The notes beneath the pieces are model-generated. The model did not search any database. It had not been told where the DNA came from and worked only from the letters and a program-made list of their open reading frames with translations. The translations under genes and the position numbers were made by a program. A DNA stretch of 6,611 nt from the IMG/VR virus record IMGVR_UViG_2711768101_000009; one strand, given 5' to 3'. Below are positions 5,863 through 6,611 of this stretch, piece after piece. The DNA comes from a virus (taxonomy: Duplodnaviria; Heunggongvirae; Uroviricota; Caudoviricetes). How positions within the stretch are numbered: position 1 is the stretch's first letter; every line of letters begins with the position of its first letter.

Positions 5863-6611
5863 TTACGCCGTACATTTCACCAGACCGCGGTGATCAACTG
5901 GCGCGACACCGGCGTCAATACGCACTTTCGTTGTCACGCCATCCACACTGAAGCCCTCCATCTGATCAATATATGGCGTATCCACACCGTTGAGATAAGC
6001 CACTTCAATCGTATCGGAGCCTTTTGACGCAGCCAGGTAGAAGGTGGTCTGGCTGTTATCATCAAGACGGGGCTCTGCAATAACGGTCGCAAAATCTTTC
6101 ACCGGGTTAATAATACCGGCGTTAATGTCAGCCCCCTTGACACTTGAGGAGCGAATGACCTGGTTAGCAACAGACTCCATCGCCGTCGGTACCAGTACGA
6201 ACGCAGGACGAATATTCAGATGACGCTCCCCCTCTTTCTGAACGCGCATCAACTGGCGGGCTTTATCCAGCGATGCCACGTCCATTGCAGCGCTCTCCAG
6301 TACGTTTGCATGTTTCGCTTTATCGAACAGACTTACATTATCTGTGGAGATTTTCGGGTTAGACGTCAGAATGGCATAAACCAGATCGGCAATAGTGGAT
6401 TTCGCCGCACGGCCCAGTTTCATCGGGACATCGGTCAGCATATTCAGATCATCATTGATAATGGCCTGACGGGTGATACTGAACAGCTCGCCATAGGTCG
6501 CCAGTGCAATAGTGGCCTGTTTATCTCCGGTGGTGACGTATTTATATTCCGCCCCTTCACGCACCTGACGCAGAGCACTGAAGCCCCCCATACCCACACG
6601 ATGGGCAATTT
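5863..6611 (-). CDS. Major capsid (head) protein, C-terminal part; 5' end beyond the window; not lambda gpE-like
   Basis: Long minus-strand ORF, open to the window edge (..IAHR-V-GMGGFSALRQVREGAEYKYVTTGDKQATIALATYGELFSITRQAIINDDL...VRIDAGVAPVDHRGLVKCTA), stop TAA 5865-5863. The apparent M at 6597 in the track is a GTG. It is the first gene of the head-to-tail series and is followed by a terminator, as is typical of highly expressed capsid genes. I could not align it to lambda E from memory and the family is unresolved. Confidence 0.7.
   Translation of the reverse strand, partial: IAHRVGMGGFSALRQVREGAEYKYVTTGDKQATIALATYGELFSITRQAIINDDLNMLTDVPMKLGRAAKSTIADLVYAILTSNPKISTDNVSLFDKAKHANVLESAAMDVASLDKARQLMRVQKEGERHLNIRPAFVLVPTAMESVANQVIRSSSVKGADINAGIINPVKDFATVIAEPRLDDNSQTTFYLAASKGSDTIEVAYLNGVDTPYIDQMEGFSVDGVTTKVRIDAGVAPVDHRGLVKCTA

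Noticed and set aside
1-6611. Search for a defence system, toxin-antitoxin, moron, tRNA, integrase, att site or CRISPR array
   Set aside because: Every non-N stretch is occupied by a structural gene with short or overlapping junctions. There is no direct-repeat array, no tRNA-like cloverleaf candidate and no intergenic space for a moron. Any cargo would lie outside this window or inside the N runs.

Overview
The window is a gene-dense, entirely minus-strand late structural module of a lambda-like (siphovirus-type) prophage, read from high to low coordinates: 3' part of a major capsid gene, a small DUF2190-like head protein, then FII-, Z-, U-, V-, G/GT-, H- (tape measure) and M-like genes in lambda order. 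Calls rest on my own translation of the minus strand, compared from memory with phage lambda proteins, plus synteny; no database search was run. Three long N runs (145-328, 4291-4472, 4873-5006) and one NN (2766-2767) interrupt the sequence; they fall on the H/M junction, the U/V junction and inside Z, and the six-frame track invents several ORFs across them. I see no rRNA, tRNA, CRISPR array, IS element, integrase or att site. I find no sequence evidence here for a novel defence or accessory system: the module is canonical. The points worth a second look are a variant G/GT -1 frameshift site, two intrinsic terminators after the capsid and major tail genes, a possible mosaic head/tail junction, and a frame discontinuity in Z across an N gap.
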